Shown here: one piece after another, positions 1 through 9,210 of the stretch
Position numbering within the stretch: the first letter of the stretch is position 1
Layout of the letters: each line of letters opens with the position of its first letter
Source of the DNA: an uncultured Solirubrobacteraceae bacterium
Lineage (GTDB): Bacteria > Actinomycetota > Thermoleophilia > Solirubrobacterales > Solirubrobacteraceae
Assembly (NCBI GenBank): GCA_963802905.1
Contig: CAWDKH010000008.1
Coordinates: 360,064-424,063 of the forward strand
Length of the DNA: 64,000 nt
Direction of reading: 5' to 3'
Notes under the pieces: model-generated
The model's input: the letters and a program-made list of their open reading frames with translations, nothing else
The model's database searches: none
What the model was told of the DNA's origin: nothing
Program-made: the position numbers and the translations under genes

Positions 1-399
1 GCGCGAGTCGCGCTGGATCGAGTGGAAGCGCCCCTTCGGCTTGAGCTCCGAGGACGGCGGGCCGGGCGGGCGGACCGGCCCGGTGGCGCGGAGGGCGGCG
101 AGCGCGAGCTTGGCCTTCGTGCGGCGGTCGATCTCGGGCGGCTGCCACGTGTCGATCACCTTGACGACGGCGTCGAGGTCGTCGACGTCGAGCGCGCCCG
201 TCACGTAGGCGCGGCCGAGGCCGAGCTCGCCGGGGGCGCGCAGGACGTGGGCGAGCGCCTGCGGCGAGCGGGCCGTGAAGGTCGGCCCGCCCGCGGGGAT
301 GGTTGGGGGCAGCTCGGCGCCGTCCCACAGGACGACGCGGAACGGCCGCTCGGGGAGCGCATCCTCGAGCGCGGAGCGAAACGAGGCGGTACCGGGCAT
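1..399 (-). CDS. cyclopropane-fatty-acyl-phospholipid synthase family methyltransferase, N-terminal part (gene runs off the left edge)
   Basis: Own translation of the minus strand from ATG 399-397: MPGTASFRSALEDALPERPFRVVLWDG...GRAYVTGALDVDDLDAVVKVID...KGRFHSIQRDSR. It is open to position 1. The pattern is typical of CFA-synthase-like N-termini. It is absent from the track because it is truncated. Confidence 0.5.
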   Translation of the reverse strand, partial: MPGTASFRSALEDALPERPFRVVLWDGAELPPTIPAGGPTFTARSPQALAHVLRAPGELGLGRAYVTGALDVDDLDAVVKVIDTWQPPEIDRRTKAKLALAALRATGPVRPPGPPSSELKPKGRFHSIQRDSR

Positions 400-417
400 G
401 CCTTCGACGCTAGCGGG

Positions 418-1317
418 TCAGGATTCGCTGAGGAGGCCTCGCGCGTGATCCCAGCGCCACAGCGGGCCCTCGGCGCGGACGTGCAGGCCGCCGATCCAGC
501 GGTCGAAGCCGAGCAGGGCGACGCGATCCTTGTCGCCCGCCAGCACGGCCCGGCCGTCCTCGGTGAGCTGCAGGCTGCCGTTGCCGCTGACGAGCCCGTC
601 GAGCTCGGCGAGCCGGTCGAAGGCGATCGTGTCGCCCATGAACGGCGCCTCCTCGGCGGCCATGCTCCCGAGGAACGCGTCGAAAGGCGTGCGCGCGCCG
701 GCGGCCACCGCCTCGAGCAGCTGGCGCTCGGTGCGCCCGAGGCCGTCGCGGGTGCCGGGCAGCTCCTCGAGCAGGCGGCGGAGCGCGGGCGCGAGGTAGG
801 GCAGGCGCTCGTCGGGAGTGGCGGCCGCGCGGGCGAGCGCGCGCGGGTCCTCGCCGCGCACGACGTCCCACGCCGAGCGGGCGAGGTGCACGTGCTCGGG
901 GGTGATCGCCGTGCGCACCGGCCACAGGCTCGCGAGCTCGTCGGGCTCGAGCTCGCCGAGGCCGGCGAAGCCCGGCCGGCCGGGGAAGGCGCCGATGCAG
1001 ATCAGCTCGGCGTGCTCGGGGCGGTCGGGCAGCCCGGCGAGGATCTGGATCAGCTGGAGCTGGTCGTAGAGGTCGTGCTCGAACCACAAGACAACCGGCT
1101 CGAGCGTCTCGATCGCGGCGCCTAGGCGCTCGTCGCGCTCCCGAAACTGCGCCTCGGCGGTCCCCCAGTACTCCGCTCGCACCCGCCGCAGCTCGTCGGG
1201 CGGGAGATCAGGTACCGGCCCCTCGTGCAACGCATCTCGCCACGGCAACAGGTCCCCGGCGATCCCGGCGCGCTCCATGGTCGCCGTCGTCGAGTCGCCG
1301 TTCGTGACGTGCAGCAC
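418..1317 (-). CDS. DUF1835 domain-containing protein
   Basis: 299-aa ORF starting MLHVTNGDS (GTG start). The N-terminal motif and overall pattern match DUF1835/DUF3658 proteins. GC3 is high. Confidence 0.65.
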   Translation of the reverse strand: MLHVTNGDSTTATMERAGIAGDLLPWRDALHEGPVPDLPPDELRRVRAEYWGTAEAQFRERDERLGAAIETLEPVVLWFEHDLYDQLQLIQILAGLPDRPEHAELICIGAFPGRPGFAGLGELEPDELASLWPVRTAITPEHVHLARSAWDVVRGEDPRALARAAATPDERLPYLAPALRRLLEELPGTRDGLGRTERQLLEAVAAGARTPFDAFLGSMAAEEAPFMGDTIAFDRLAELDGLVSGNGSLQLTEDGRAVLAGDKDRVALLGFDRWIGGLHVRAEGPLWRWDHARGLLSES

Positions 1318-1448
1318 AAGGCCACCCTAGGGTCATCCTCAAGGCGGAGGCAAGACCATCTCCCAGGCCGACGACGGGCGGGTTTCCGAGCCGTAGCTTC
1401 TCCTCATCGCAGGAACCTCCCCCCGAAGACCTCCCAGGAGACACCGAC

Positions 1449-2015
1449 ATGGCTTACGCAGGACAGACCCTCGAGAACCCCGTCAGCGGCGAGAAGATCA
1501 CCTTCATCCAGACCGCTGCCGACACCGACGGCGAGCTGCTGGAGATCCAGCTCGAGCTCTCCGCCGACGGCGCCGTGCCCGGTGCTCACATCCACCCCGA
1601 GCAGGAGGAGCGCTTCGAAGTCCTCGAAGGCACGATGACCTTCCGCATGGGTATGAAGAAGATCGTCGCCAACGCCGGTGACGTCGTCACCGTGCCGGCC
1701 GGCAAGATCCACGCCTTCAAGAACGGCGGCGACACGACCGCCAAGGTCAACGTCCAGGTCCGCCCGGCCCTCAACATGGAGGAGCTGTTCGAGACCACGG
1801 TCGCGCTCGCCGAGGACGGCCGCACGACCTCCAAGGGCATGCCGAAGCCGCTCGACCTGGCGCTCTTCGTCCGCCGCTACCAGCGCGAGGTCAAGGCGCC
1901 GTTCCCGCCCGCGCCGGTCGTCCGCGCGATGCTCGCCCCGCTCGCCTGGATGGCGGACCGCAAGGGCCACGCCGAGCGCTACACGCCGGTCGCCGAGCTC
2001 GCGCCCGCGCTGTAG
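1449..2015 (+). CDS. cupin domain-containing protein
   Basis: 188 aa with a cupin core (GAHIHPEQEERFEVLEGTMTF...VTVPAGKIHAFKN). AGGAGA lies upstream of the ATG. Confidence 0.8.
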   Translation: MAYAGQTLENPVSGEKITFIQTAADTDGELLEIQLELSADGAVPGAHIHPEQEERFEVLEGTMTFRMGMKKIVANAGDVVTVPAGKIHAFKNGGDTTAKVNVQVRPALNMEELFETTVALAEDGRTTSKGMPKPLDLALFVRRYQREVKAPFPPAPVVRAMLAPLAWMADRKGHAERYTPVAELAPAL

Positions 2016-2032
2016 GTCCGGGGTGGGACATA

Positions 2033-2069
2033 GCCTGGGCGGGGTGGCAGCACGTCACCCCGCCCAGGC
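2033..2069 (+). terminator. GC-rich hairpin after the cupin gene
   Basis: Perfect 14-bp inverted repeat GCCTGGGCGGGGTG / CACCCCGCCCAGGC with a 9-nt loop, 18 nt after the stop at 2015. No U-tract, which is common in high-GC genomes. Confidence 0.5.
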
Positions 2070-2109
2070 CTCTCCACGTACCGGCCGGATCCTGGCGGGC
2101 GTCGCCGTG

Positions 2110-2310
2110 ATGCTCGTCCTCTTCGCCGTCGTGATCCTCGGCGGCGTCTACTACATGCTCACCCAGTTCGGCGACGAGCTGGACTCCGAGCTCGACTCGC
2201 AGGTGCGCACCGTCCAGCGCGACTTCGACGGCGACGTGCGCAGGCTGCAGCGCAGCATCGAGCGCGAGCTCGACGACCGGCTGCCGCCGGTGGTCACGCC
2301 GGCTCCGTAG
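2110..2310 (+). CDS. small single-pass membrane protein (hypothetical)
   Basis: Tail of track ORF 1678..2310: MLVLFAVVILGGVYYMLTQFGDELDSELDSQVRTVQRDFDGDVRRLQRSIERELDD. Nearly every codon ends in G/C. The start is uncertain (ATG 2110, GTG 2107, or GTG 2044 inside the hairpin). Confidence 0.5.
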   Translation: MLVLFAVVILGGVYYMLTQFGDELDSELDSQVRTVQRDFDGDVRRLQRSIERELDDRLPPVVTPAP

Positions 2311-2995
2311 CCCCGTCCCACAGCAGCCGGCCGGCGCGGCGCAGGAACGCGTCGTCCGGTGGCGTCAGGCACTGGTTCAGCCACGCGCCCTCGATCAGGT
2401 TGGCGGCCGCGCCGGCGAGGTCGGCAAGCGCGGCGCCCTCGCGCAGCCGCAGGCCGAAGTGCTCGATCGCCTCGCCGAACGCGCGCTCGAGCACCTCGAC
2501 CCACTGCCCGTGCTCCTCCATGCTCGGCGCGCTGATGCGCTCGCTCCAGAGGCCGTAGGGCACCGTGCTCAGCCACAGCGCCCACAGCGTCCCGTAATCG
2601 ACCCGCGGCCGCGCGCCGCGCTGCGGGCCGCGCGCCGACTCGGCGGCGAACAGCGCGTCGACCCACGCGCCCGCGTCGGGATGGTCGGCGGGCGCGGGAT
2701 GCTCGATCTCCTCGATCCAGTCGCCGGCGTCGAGCGCGCGCGCCATCGTCTCGGCCTGGAAGGCGGCCTGACTCCCGAACAGGTGGGAGATCACGCCGCG
2801 CGTCTTGCCGTCGCGCTCCGCGACGGCATTGGCGTCGAGTCGCGCGAACGGGCCGACCGCGGCCGAGCGACGGTCGAGCGCCTCGGAGTCGTGCTTGATC
2901 TGCTGCAGCGCGGCGAGCTGCCCCATCTCCACGTAGCGGCCGCGCGCCTCGTCCCTGGGCAGCGTCGAGCGTCCGGCGCGTCGCTTCGGAGCCAT
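2294..2995 (-). CDS. TetR/AcrR-like transcriptional regulator
   Basis: HTH-like segment LDANAVAERDGKTRGVISHLFGSQAAF. ATG at 2995 (MAPKRR) is preferred over the GTG at 3019. It is divergent from the methyltransferase gene across a repeat operator. Confidence 0.55.
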   Translation of the reverse strand: MAPKRRAGRSTLPRDEARGRYVEMGQLAALQQIKHDSEALDRRSAAVGPFARLDANAVAERDGKTRGVISHLFGSQAAFQAETMARALDAGDWIEEIEHPAPADHPDAGAWVDALFAAESARGPQRGARPRVDYGTLWALWLSTVPYGLWSERISAPSMEEHGQWVEVLERAFGEAIEHFGLRLREGAALADLAGAAANLIEGAWLNQCLTPPDDAFLRRAGRLLWDGATEPA

Positions 2996-3029
2996 TGCAC
3001 CGCGAAGCGTACTTGACACGCCGGAGTTG

Positions 3030-3067
3030 CGTACGTACGGTACGTATTTACGTACGTACGGTACGTA
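3030..3067. promoter_or_regulatory. twin operator in the divergent TetR/methyltransferase promoter region
   Basis: CGTACGTACGGTACGTA occurs twice (3030-3046 and 3051-3067, period 21 bp). Each copy holds the 15-bp palindrome TACGTAC-G-GTACGTA. A plus-strand promoter-like TTGACA (3013-3018), 17-nt spacer, TACGGT (3036-3041) overlaps copy 1. The region is locally AT-richer. Confidence 0.55.
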
Positions 3068-3113
3068 CGTATCACCAGAACTCGGTCCCCCCTCTGTCCG
3101 AAAGGACCTGGCC

Positions 3114-4400
3114 GTGAACGTGCTCGCTCCCGCTCTTCACCCTGCCCCTGTCCGGCGCTGGCTCGCCACCCTCGGCGCCACCGCCGTGTCGACCTACGCG
3201 CTCGACGCCGTCGCCACGCTCGCGGGCGCGGCGCTCGCCGCCTCCGGCGTCCTGCGCGGTGCCCCGCACCTCGCGCTGCTCGGCTTCCTCCTTCTCACCT
3301 ACGTCGCCTGGGGCGCCGGCCTGCGTCGCAACCTGAGCGCGAACTGGGCGCTGCTGGAGCAGACCGGCACGAGCACCAACGCGCTCTCGAAGGCCGCAAA
3401 CGACCTCGCGGCGCTGCGCGGCTGGCGCCCGCGTGCCCGCCGGATCGCGGGCGCGACCGGCTACGTCGCCACCGAGCTCGCCAAGGAGGCGCCGTACTAC
3501 GCCGGCGCGTTCGGCGCCGCGCTGGTCAGCGACTCGGTCTCCTCCGGCGACGCGATCGTGTTCCTGGGCGGCGCGAACCTCGGCGCCGCCGCCTACGAGT
3601 ACGGGCTCGCCGGCCTGACCCGCGCGTTCCTGCGCCGCAGCCACGCGTCGTTCGACACCGACTGGGTGCCGGAGGAGTACCTGGCCGACTACTACGCCGT
3701 GGTCGAGCCGGACGAGCTCGAGACGATCGCGTTCTTCACCGACGCCATGCGCGAGACCGCGCCGGACGAGCCGATCCTGTTCTTCGGCACCGGCCCGACG
3801 CTGCACCACGTCTTCCTCTCCGCGGACCGCGCGTCGGAGATCCACCTCGCCGACTACCTGCCGCAGAACCTCGCCGCGATCGAGCGCTGGCTCCAGCGCG
3901 ACCCCGGCGCGCACGACTGGCGGCCCTTCGTGCGCTACACGCTCGAGTGCGAGGGCGAGCGAGCGCCGACCGAGGCGCAGCTCGCCGAGCGCGAGGAGCT
4001 CACGCGCGCGAAGGTCACCCGCCTGCTCGAGGCCGACGCCGGCGACCGCGAGCCCGTCGGCGACCGCTACGGGACGGTGGTGAGCGCCTACTGCGCCGAC
4101 TCCGCCACCGCCGACCGCGCGACCTGGGAGGCCTACATGCGCCACATCGCGGGCCTCGTGCGGCCGGGCGGCGTGTTCATCACCGCGGCGCTGCGGCGTT
4201 CGCGCTCCTACCTCGTCGGCGGCAAGCAGTTCCCCAGCGCCGACATCGACGAGCACGACCTGCGGGCGGTGCTCGAGCCCGAGTTCGAGTGCTCGATCGA
4301 GGTCCGCGAGGTGCCGGAGCACGCGCGGCTCGGCTACGAGGGCATCGTGCTCGCTACGGCCATTCGACGCCCACCAGCGTCGGCTCCGGCTCGAGCCTGA
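3114..4400 (+). CDS. membrane-anchored NNMT/PNMT/TEMT-family SAM-dependent methyltransferase
   Basis: The C-terminal ~240 aa match the NNMT_PNMT_TEMT pattern (EEYLADYY...ILFFGTGPTLHHVFLSA...EIHLADYLPQNLAAIERWL...HDWRPFVRYTLECEG...SAYCADSAT...LVRPGGVFI). The N-terminal ~190 aa are hydrophobic with several TM segments. GTG 3114 is preceded by AAAGGA. Confidence 0.7.
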   Translation: MNVLAPALHPAPVRRWLATLGATAVSTYALDAVATLAGAALAASGVLRGAPHLALLGFLLLTYVAWGAGLRRNLSANWALLEQTGTSTNALSKAANDLAALRGWRPRARRIAGATGYVATELAKEAPYYAGAFGAALVSDSVSSGDAIVFLGGANLGAAAYEYGLAGLTRAFLRRSHASFDTDWVPEEYLADYYAVVEPDELETIAFFTDAMRETAPDEPILFFGTGPTLHHVFLSADRASEIHLADYLPQNLAAIERWLQRDPGAHDWRPFVRYTLECEGERAPTEAQLAEREELTRAKVTRLLEADAGDREPVGDRYGTVVSAYCADSATADRATWEAYMRHIAGLVRPGGVFITAALRRSRSYLVGGKQFPSADIDEHDLRAVLEPEFECSIEVREVPEHARLGYEGIVLATAIRRPPASAPARA

Positions 4401-5367
4401 CGCCGAAGCGCTCGTCCACGCCGCCCGCGATCTCGCGGGCGAGCGCGAGCAGCTCCACGGTCGTGCCAGCGCCGCGGTTGGTGAGCGCGAGCGTGTGCTT
4501 GGACGAGATCGCGATCCCCTCCGGGTTGCCGTGACCCTTGTGGAAACCCGCGCGCTCGATCAGCCAGGCGGCCGAGGTCTTGACGCGCCCGTCGTTCTCC
4601 GGGAAGCGCGGCGGGCGCTCGGGCGCGCGTTGCTCGAGCGCGGCGAACGCGTCGGCGGACAGGATCGGGTTGGTGAAGAACGAGCCGGCGGAGACCGAGT
4701 CGGGGTCGTCCGCGTCGAGCACCATGCCCTTGCCGCGGCGCAGGCCGAGCACCGCCTCGCGCACGTCGGCGAGCGGCGCGCCCTCGCCGGGCTGCACGCC
4801 GAGCGTGCGCGCGAGCTCGGCGTAGGCGAGCGGGCCCGACAGCTCGCGGCGCTCGAGCGCGAACGTGACCGCGAGCACCACCCAGCGCCCGGGGTGGCGC
4901 TTGAACGCGCTCGAGCGGTACGCGAAGCCGCAGTCGGCGGGCGCGAGCTCGGCGACCTCACCGGTCGTGCGGTCGAGCGCGCGCACGGACGTGATCGTCT
5001 CGGCGACCTCCTGGCCATAGGCGCCGACGTTCTGGATCGGCGTCGCGCCGATCGAGCCGGGGATGCCCGACAGACTCTCGACGCCCGCGAGCCCCTCGGC
5101 GACGCAGCGCGCCACGAACGGCTCCCACTCCTCCCCCGCGGCGACGGTCAGCTCTCCGGGCGCGCGCTCCTCGATGCCGCGCGTGAGCACGCGCACCACC
5201 GTGCCCGGCCAGCCGTCGTCGGCGATCACGAGGTTGGAGCCGCCCGCGACGAGCAGCACGTCGTCGCCCTGCGCCGCCTCGACGAGCTCTGCCTCGCTGC
5301 GCGCCTCGGCGACCGCGCCGGCCGGCCCGCCGAGCCGCAGCGTCGTGAGTTCGCTCAGCAGTGTCAC
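4354..5367 (-). CDS. murB: UDP-N-acetylmuramate dehydrogenase
   Basis: Full-length MurB pattern (LGGPA...LVAGGSNLVIADDG...GIPGSIGATPIQNVGAYG...SAGSFFTNP...AAWLIERAGF). GTG start at 5367. The upstream 140 codons of the track ORF are low-complexity. Confidence 0.9.
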   Translation of the reverse strand: MTLLSELTTLRLGGPAGAVAEARSEAELVEAAQGDDVLLVAGGSNLVIADDGWPGTVVRVLTRGIEERAPGELTVAAGEEWEPFVARCVAEGLAGVESLSGIPGSIGATPIQNVGAYGQEVAETITSVRALDRTTGEVAELAPADCGFAYRSSAFKRHPGRWVVLAVTFALERRELSGPLAYAELARTLGVQPGEGAPLADVREAVLGLRRGKGMVLDADDPDSVSAGSFFTNPILSADAFAALEQRAPERPPRFPENDGRVKTSAAWLIERAGFHKGHGNPEGIAISSKHTLALTNRGAGTTVELLALAREIAGGVDERFGVRLEPEPTLVGVEWP

Positions 5368-5388
5368 GGCCCGCGAGACTAGGCGACG

Positions 5389-5814
5389 ATGCGGTCCTTC
5401 CGGGTGTCCTCCGTCGTCCGCGCCGCCCCGGACGCGGTGTGGGAGCGCGCGACCACGATCGCCGGCGTCAACGCCGAGCTGTGGCCGCTCGCCCGCATGA
5501 CCGGCGAGGGCGAGATCCGCGAAGGTGCGCTCGGGCGCTCGTGGATCCTCGCGCTCTGCGTGCTGCCGATCGACTACGACGACATCTGCCTCGAGGCGGT
5601 CGAGCCCGGCCGCGGCTTCCGCGAGCGCTCGCGGCTCGGCTCGTGCAGCGCGTGGCACCACGACCGCACGCTGACCGCGCTCGCCGACGGCACGCGGATC
5701 GTCGACGAAGTCGCGTTCACGCCCCGGCTCGACGCCGCCGGCGGACTGCTCGCCTTCGTGTTCGCGGCCACCTTCCGCTGGCGCCACCGCCGGCTGCGGA
5801 GAATCTGGCGATGA
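5389..5814 (+). CDS. SRPBCC family protein
   Basis: 141 aa. The N-terminus MRSFRVSSVVRAAPDAVWERATT is typical of SRPBCC/polyketide-cyclase-like proteins. ATGA overlap with the next gene. Confidence 0.6.
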   Translation: MRSFRVSSVVRAAPDAVWERATTIAGVNAELWPLARMTGEGEIREGALGRSWILALCVLPIDYDDICLEAVEPGRGFRERSRLGSCSAWHHDRTLTALADGTRIVDEVAFTPRLDAAGGLLAFVFAATFRWRHRRLRRIWR

Positions 5815-6677
5815 GCGGACTCGAGCTCGACCGGCTCGACGGCGACGCGGCGCAGGTCGTGCGGCTGGACGGCGCCCGCTTCGGCGGCCCCGCGGCGCGT
5901 GAGCCGCACCGCCACGACTACCACGAGCTGATCTGGATCCGCGACGGCCGCGGGCAGCACTCGATCGACGGCGCGACGGTGCCCGTGCGCCCCGGCACCG
6001 TGACGGTGATCGGGCGCGGCCAGGTGCACGTGTTCGAGGAGGGCGAGGCGCTCGACGGCGCGGTCGTGCGCTTCTCCGAGGAGATCCTCGCCGAGCCGGG
6101 CGCGCGCCGCGGCACGCCGGCCTGGCTGCTGGCCGGGAGGGGCGGGCGCACCGTGGTCGTCCCGCACGGCGAGCAGGGCCGACTCGGCGGGCTGATCGAC
6201 GCGCTCGGCGCGGAGCTCGACCGGCCGCCCGACGAGCACAGCCCCGAGCTCCAGCGCCACCTGCTGTCCGCGATCCTGCTGTGGATCGAGCGCTGGTACG
6301 ACGCCTCCCGCACCGAGCGCCGCGACGCGGACGACGCCGAGGTCCAGCTCCACCGGCGCTTCACCCGCCTGCTCGAGGACGACTTCGCCGAGCACCACGA
6401 CGCCGCCCACTACGCCGACGCGCTCGCCGTCCCGGCGGCGGCCCTCAGCCGCGCGCTCAGCCACGTCACCGGACGCGCCACCAAGGACCTGATCCTCGAC
6501 CGCGTGATGCTCGAGGCGGCACGGCTGCTGCGCTTCACCGACCTCACCGTCGGCGAGGTCGCGCGCCGGGTCGGGTTCGACGATCCGCTGTACTTCTCGC
6601 GTGCCTTCAAGCGCCGCCACGACGAGCCGCCGCAGGCCTACCGCGACGCCGCGCGCGGGAAGTCCATGCATCGGTGA
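5811..6677 (+). CDS. AraC family transcriptional regulator
   Basis: N-terminal cupin-like sensor plus C-terminal double HTH (HYADALAVPAAALSRALSHVTG...TVGEVARRVGFDDPLYFSRAFKRRH). The ATG at 5811 overlaps the upstream stop. Confidence 0.85.
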   Translation: MSGLELDRLDGDAAQVVRLDGARFGGPAAREPHRHDYHELIWIRDGRGQHSIDGATVPVRPGTVTVIGRGQVHVFEEGEALDGAVVRFSEEILAEPGARRGTPAWLLAGRGGRTVVVPHGEQGRLGGLIDALGAELDRPPDEHSPELQRHLLSAILLWIERWYDASRTERRDADDAEVQLHRRFTRLLEDDFAEHHDAAHYADALAVPAAALSRALSHVTGRATKDLILDRVMLEAARLLRFTDLTVGEVARRVGFDDPLYFSRAFKRRHDEPPQAYRDAARGKSMHR

Positions 6678-6723
6678 CGTCCTCCCATTGGCGGAGCGCG
6701 CCCAGCGGCGTAATCCTGTTGCC

Positions 6724-7602
6724 ATGACTTCAGACACCCAGACGCAGACCACCGCTCCGGTCCTCCCCGCCTCGCTCCGGGTGGGTGCCGTCGAGCTGAC
6801 CGTCACCGACCTCGACCGCTCGGTGCACTTCTACGAGACGGCGATCGGCCTGCGGCTCCACGGCCGCGAGGGCAACCGCGCCGCGCTCGGCGCCGGCGGC
6901 GAGGACCTGCTCGTGCTCGTCGAGGACCCGAACGCGCGGCCCGCCGGGCGCCACTCCGGGCTCTACCACTTCGCGCTCCTGCACCCTTCGCGGCTCGAGC
7001 TCGCGCGCGCCGCGGCACGCCTCGCCGTCACCCGCACGCGCATCAGCGGCGCCTCCGATCACAACATCTCCGAGGCGATCTACCTGCCCGACCCCGACGA
7101 CAACGGCATCGAGCTCGCCGCCGACCGCGGCCGCGAGACCTGGGGCGACATCTCCGACCCGACCGTGCTCGGCGGCCCCGCGCCGCTCGACCTCGCCGGG
7201 CTCATGAGCCTCGTCCAGGACGAGGAGCCGCAGCCGCACGTCGCGCCGGAGACCGTCGTCGGCCACGTGCACCTGCACATCGGCGACATCGACCGCAGCC
7301 TCGCGTTCTACCGCGACGTCATCGGCTTCGAGGTGATGACGCTGCTCGACTCGGCCGCGTTCGTGGCCGCCGGCGGCTACCACCACCACCTCGGCCTCAA
7401 CATCTGGCGCGGCCGCGGCGCCCCGCCGGTGCCGGCCGGCGTGGTCGGCCTGCGGCACTGGACGATCGTGATCCCGGAGGACGGCGCCGCCGCCCTGCGC
7501 GAGCGCGTGATCGCCGCAGGCGCGCCGTACGAGGACACGCCCGACGGCCTGCTCGTGCGCGACCCGTGGGACATCCCGCTGCTGGTCGTCGCCCAGGGCT
7601 GA
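6724..7602 (+). CDS. two-domain VOC (glyoxalase/extradiol dioxygenase-like) family protein
   Basis: Two VOC repeats (VELTVTDLDRSVHFYETAIGL... and HVHLHIGDIDRSLAFYRDVIGF...). Confidence 0.8.
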   Translation: MTSDTQTQTTAPVLPASLRVGAVELTVTDLDRSVHFYETAIGLRLHGREGNRAALGAGGEDLLVLVEDPNARPAGRHSGLYHFALLHPSRLELARAAARLAVTRTRISGASDHNISEAIYLPDPDDNGIELAADRGRETWGDISDPTVLGGPAPLDLAGLMSLVQDEEPQPHVAPETVVGHVHLHIGDIDRSLAFYRDVIGFEVMTLLDSAAFVAAGGYHHHLGLNIWRGRGAPPVPAGVVGLRHWTIVIPEDGAAALRERVIAAGAPYEDTPDGLLVRDPWDIPLLVVAQG

Positions 7603-7958
7603 TGCTGCTCCGCCACCTCGCGCTGGCGGTCCAGGACGAGCAGCGCTCGCGCGAGTTCTACGAGCGCTGGTTCGAGTTCGGGGTCGAGCCGGCCGAGCGC
7701 ATGGACGACGGCGTGCTGATGCTCTACGGCCCGGGCGACGTGACGCTTGCGCTCGGGCCGGCCGACGAGCGGCCGACGCTCCCGCCGTTCCTGCACTTCG
7801 GCTTCAACTTCGACGCGGCCGGGCCGGTGCGCGAGCTGCGCGACGCGTTCGCGGCCGCGGACGTCGAGATCGTCGAGTTCTGGGACGAGCCCGACTACGT
7901 GAGCGTCAAGGTCCGCGACCCCGACGGCTACGTCGTCGAGTCCAGCTGGGAGCCCTAG
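7602..7958 (+). CDS. VOC family protein
   Basis: MLLRHLALAVQDEQRSREFYERWFEF...KVRDPDGYVVE. The start overlaps the upstream TGA. Confidence 0.75.
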   Translation: MLLRHLALAVQDEQRSREFYERWFEFGVEPAERMDDGVLMLYGPGDVTLALGPADERPTLPPFLHFGFNFDAAGPVRELRDAFAAADVEIVEFWDEPDYVSVKVRDPDGYVVESSWEP

Positions 7959-9196
7959 GCGGCGAAGCCCTCGCGCATGCGGTCCAGCGCCGCGGCGATC
8001 CACGGCAGCGACACCGGGTCGTCGCTCGCCAGCGCCTCGCGCTTCTGCTCGTCGCTCTGCCCGTAGAGCAGGCTCGTGGCCATGCGGAAGCGCAGCGCCG
8101 CGGGGTCGTCGCCGAACGCCTCGCCGGCGAGCACGGCGACGTTGCGCTCCTCCAGCAGGTGGTCGGCGAGCTCGGCGCCGGAGCCGAAGGGCCGCCCCGT
8201 GAAGTCGGGATAGAGGTAGAAGGCGCCGCTCGGCGGCCGGCAGCTCGCGCCGGAGGCGATCACGACCTCGTAGGCGGCGCGGCTCACCGCGCGGTGCAGG
8301 CGACGGCTCGCGTCGACGTGCGCGACGACCTCCGGCGGCTCACCGAGCACGTACTCGGCCGCGTGCTGCATCGGCGCCGCCAGTGCCGACCAGATCTCGC
8401 TCGCCAGCCCGCCGAGCGCCGCGCCGGCCTGCTCGCCGAGCGGCCCGTCGGCCAGCCGCACGAGCCCGACGCGCCAGCCGCCGAGCGCCAGGTGCTTGCT
8501 CAGGCCGGTGGTGACGAACGTGCGCTCGGGCAGGACCTCGGCGGGGCTGACGAAGCGCTCGGGCTCGTACGCGAGGTCGCGGTAGATCTCGTCGCAGACG
8601 ATCAGCAGGCCCGCCGCCTCGGCGATCTCGCAGACCTCGCGGACGACCTCCGCGGAGGCGACGGTGCCGGTCGGGTTGTCGGGCAGCGTGAGCACGAGCA
8701 CGCCGGGGCGCGCGCCGATGCCCGCCGCCTCGGCCAGTGCGGCGCGCAGCTGCGCCGGGTCGGGCACGCCGCCGGCCTCCGCCCCGATCGGCACGCCGAT
8801 CACGCGCTTGCCCGCGATCGCCGCGTGGGCGGCGTAGCTCACCCAGCACGGGACCGGGAGCACGACATCGCCGGGCAGCAACTGCAGCAGCGCGAACAGC
8901 AGCGGCTTGCTGCCGGGCGCGAACACGATCTGGCCCGCATCCGTCGGCACGCCGCGGCGCGCGAAGTAGCCCGCCGCCGCCTCGCGCGCTGCCGCCGACC
9001 CGGCGACCGGCCCGTAGCCGTTGCGGCCCGCGCCCTCGGCGAGCCGCTCGGCGACCGCGGGCAGGACCGGCAGCCCGGCCTCGCCGAACGCGAGGTGGAG
9101 CACCGGCTCGCCCGCCGCGAGCTTGGCCTGCACGCGCTCGTTTGCGGCCAGCGTGGGCGACGGCGGGACAGCGGCGATGAGTTCTGAGCGCAACAC
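7955..9196 (-). CDS. class I/II PLP-dependent aminotransferase
   Basis: Aminotransferase pattern including SKHLALGGWRVG. GTG 9196 is preferred because the first 9 codons from GTG 9223 have poor GC3. The maximal ORF is 7955..9223. Confidence 0.8.
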   Translation of the reverse strand: MLRSELIAAVPPSPTLAANERVQAKLAAGEPVLHLAFGEAGLPVLPAVAERLAEGAGRNGYGPVAGSAAAREAAAGYFARRGVPTDAGQIVFAPGSKPLLFALLQLLPGDVVLPVPCWVSYAAHAAIAGKRVIGVPIGAEAGGVPDPAQLRAALAEAAGIGARPGVLVLTLPDNPTGTVASAEVVREVCEIAEAAGLLIVCDEIYRDLAYEPERFVSPAEVLPERTFVTTGLSKHLALGGWRVGLVRLADGPLGEQAGAALGGLASEIWSALAAPMQHAAEYVLGEPPEVVAHVDASRRLHRAVSRAAYEVVIASGASCRPPSGAFYLYPDFTGRPFGSGAELADHLLEERNVAVLAGEAFGDDPAALRFRMATSLLYGQSDEQKREALASDDPVSLPWIAAALDRMREGFAA

Positions 9197-9210
9197 TGGT
9201 CGGTAGTCAC

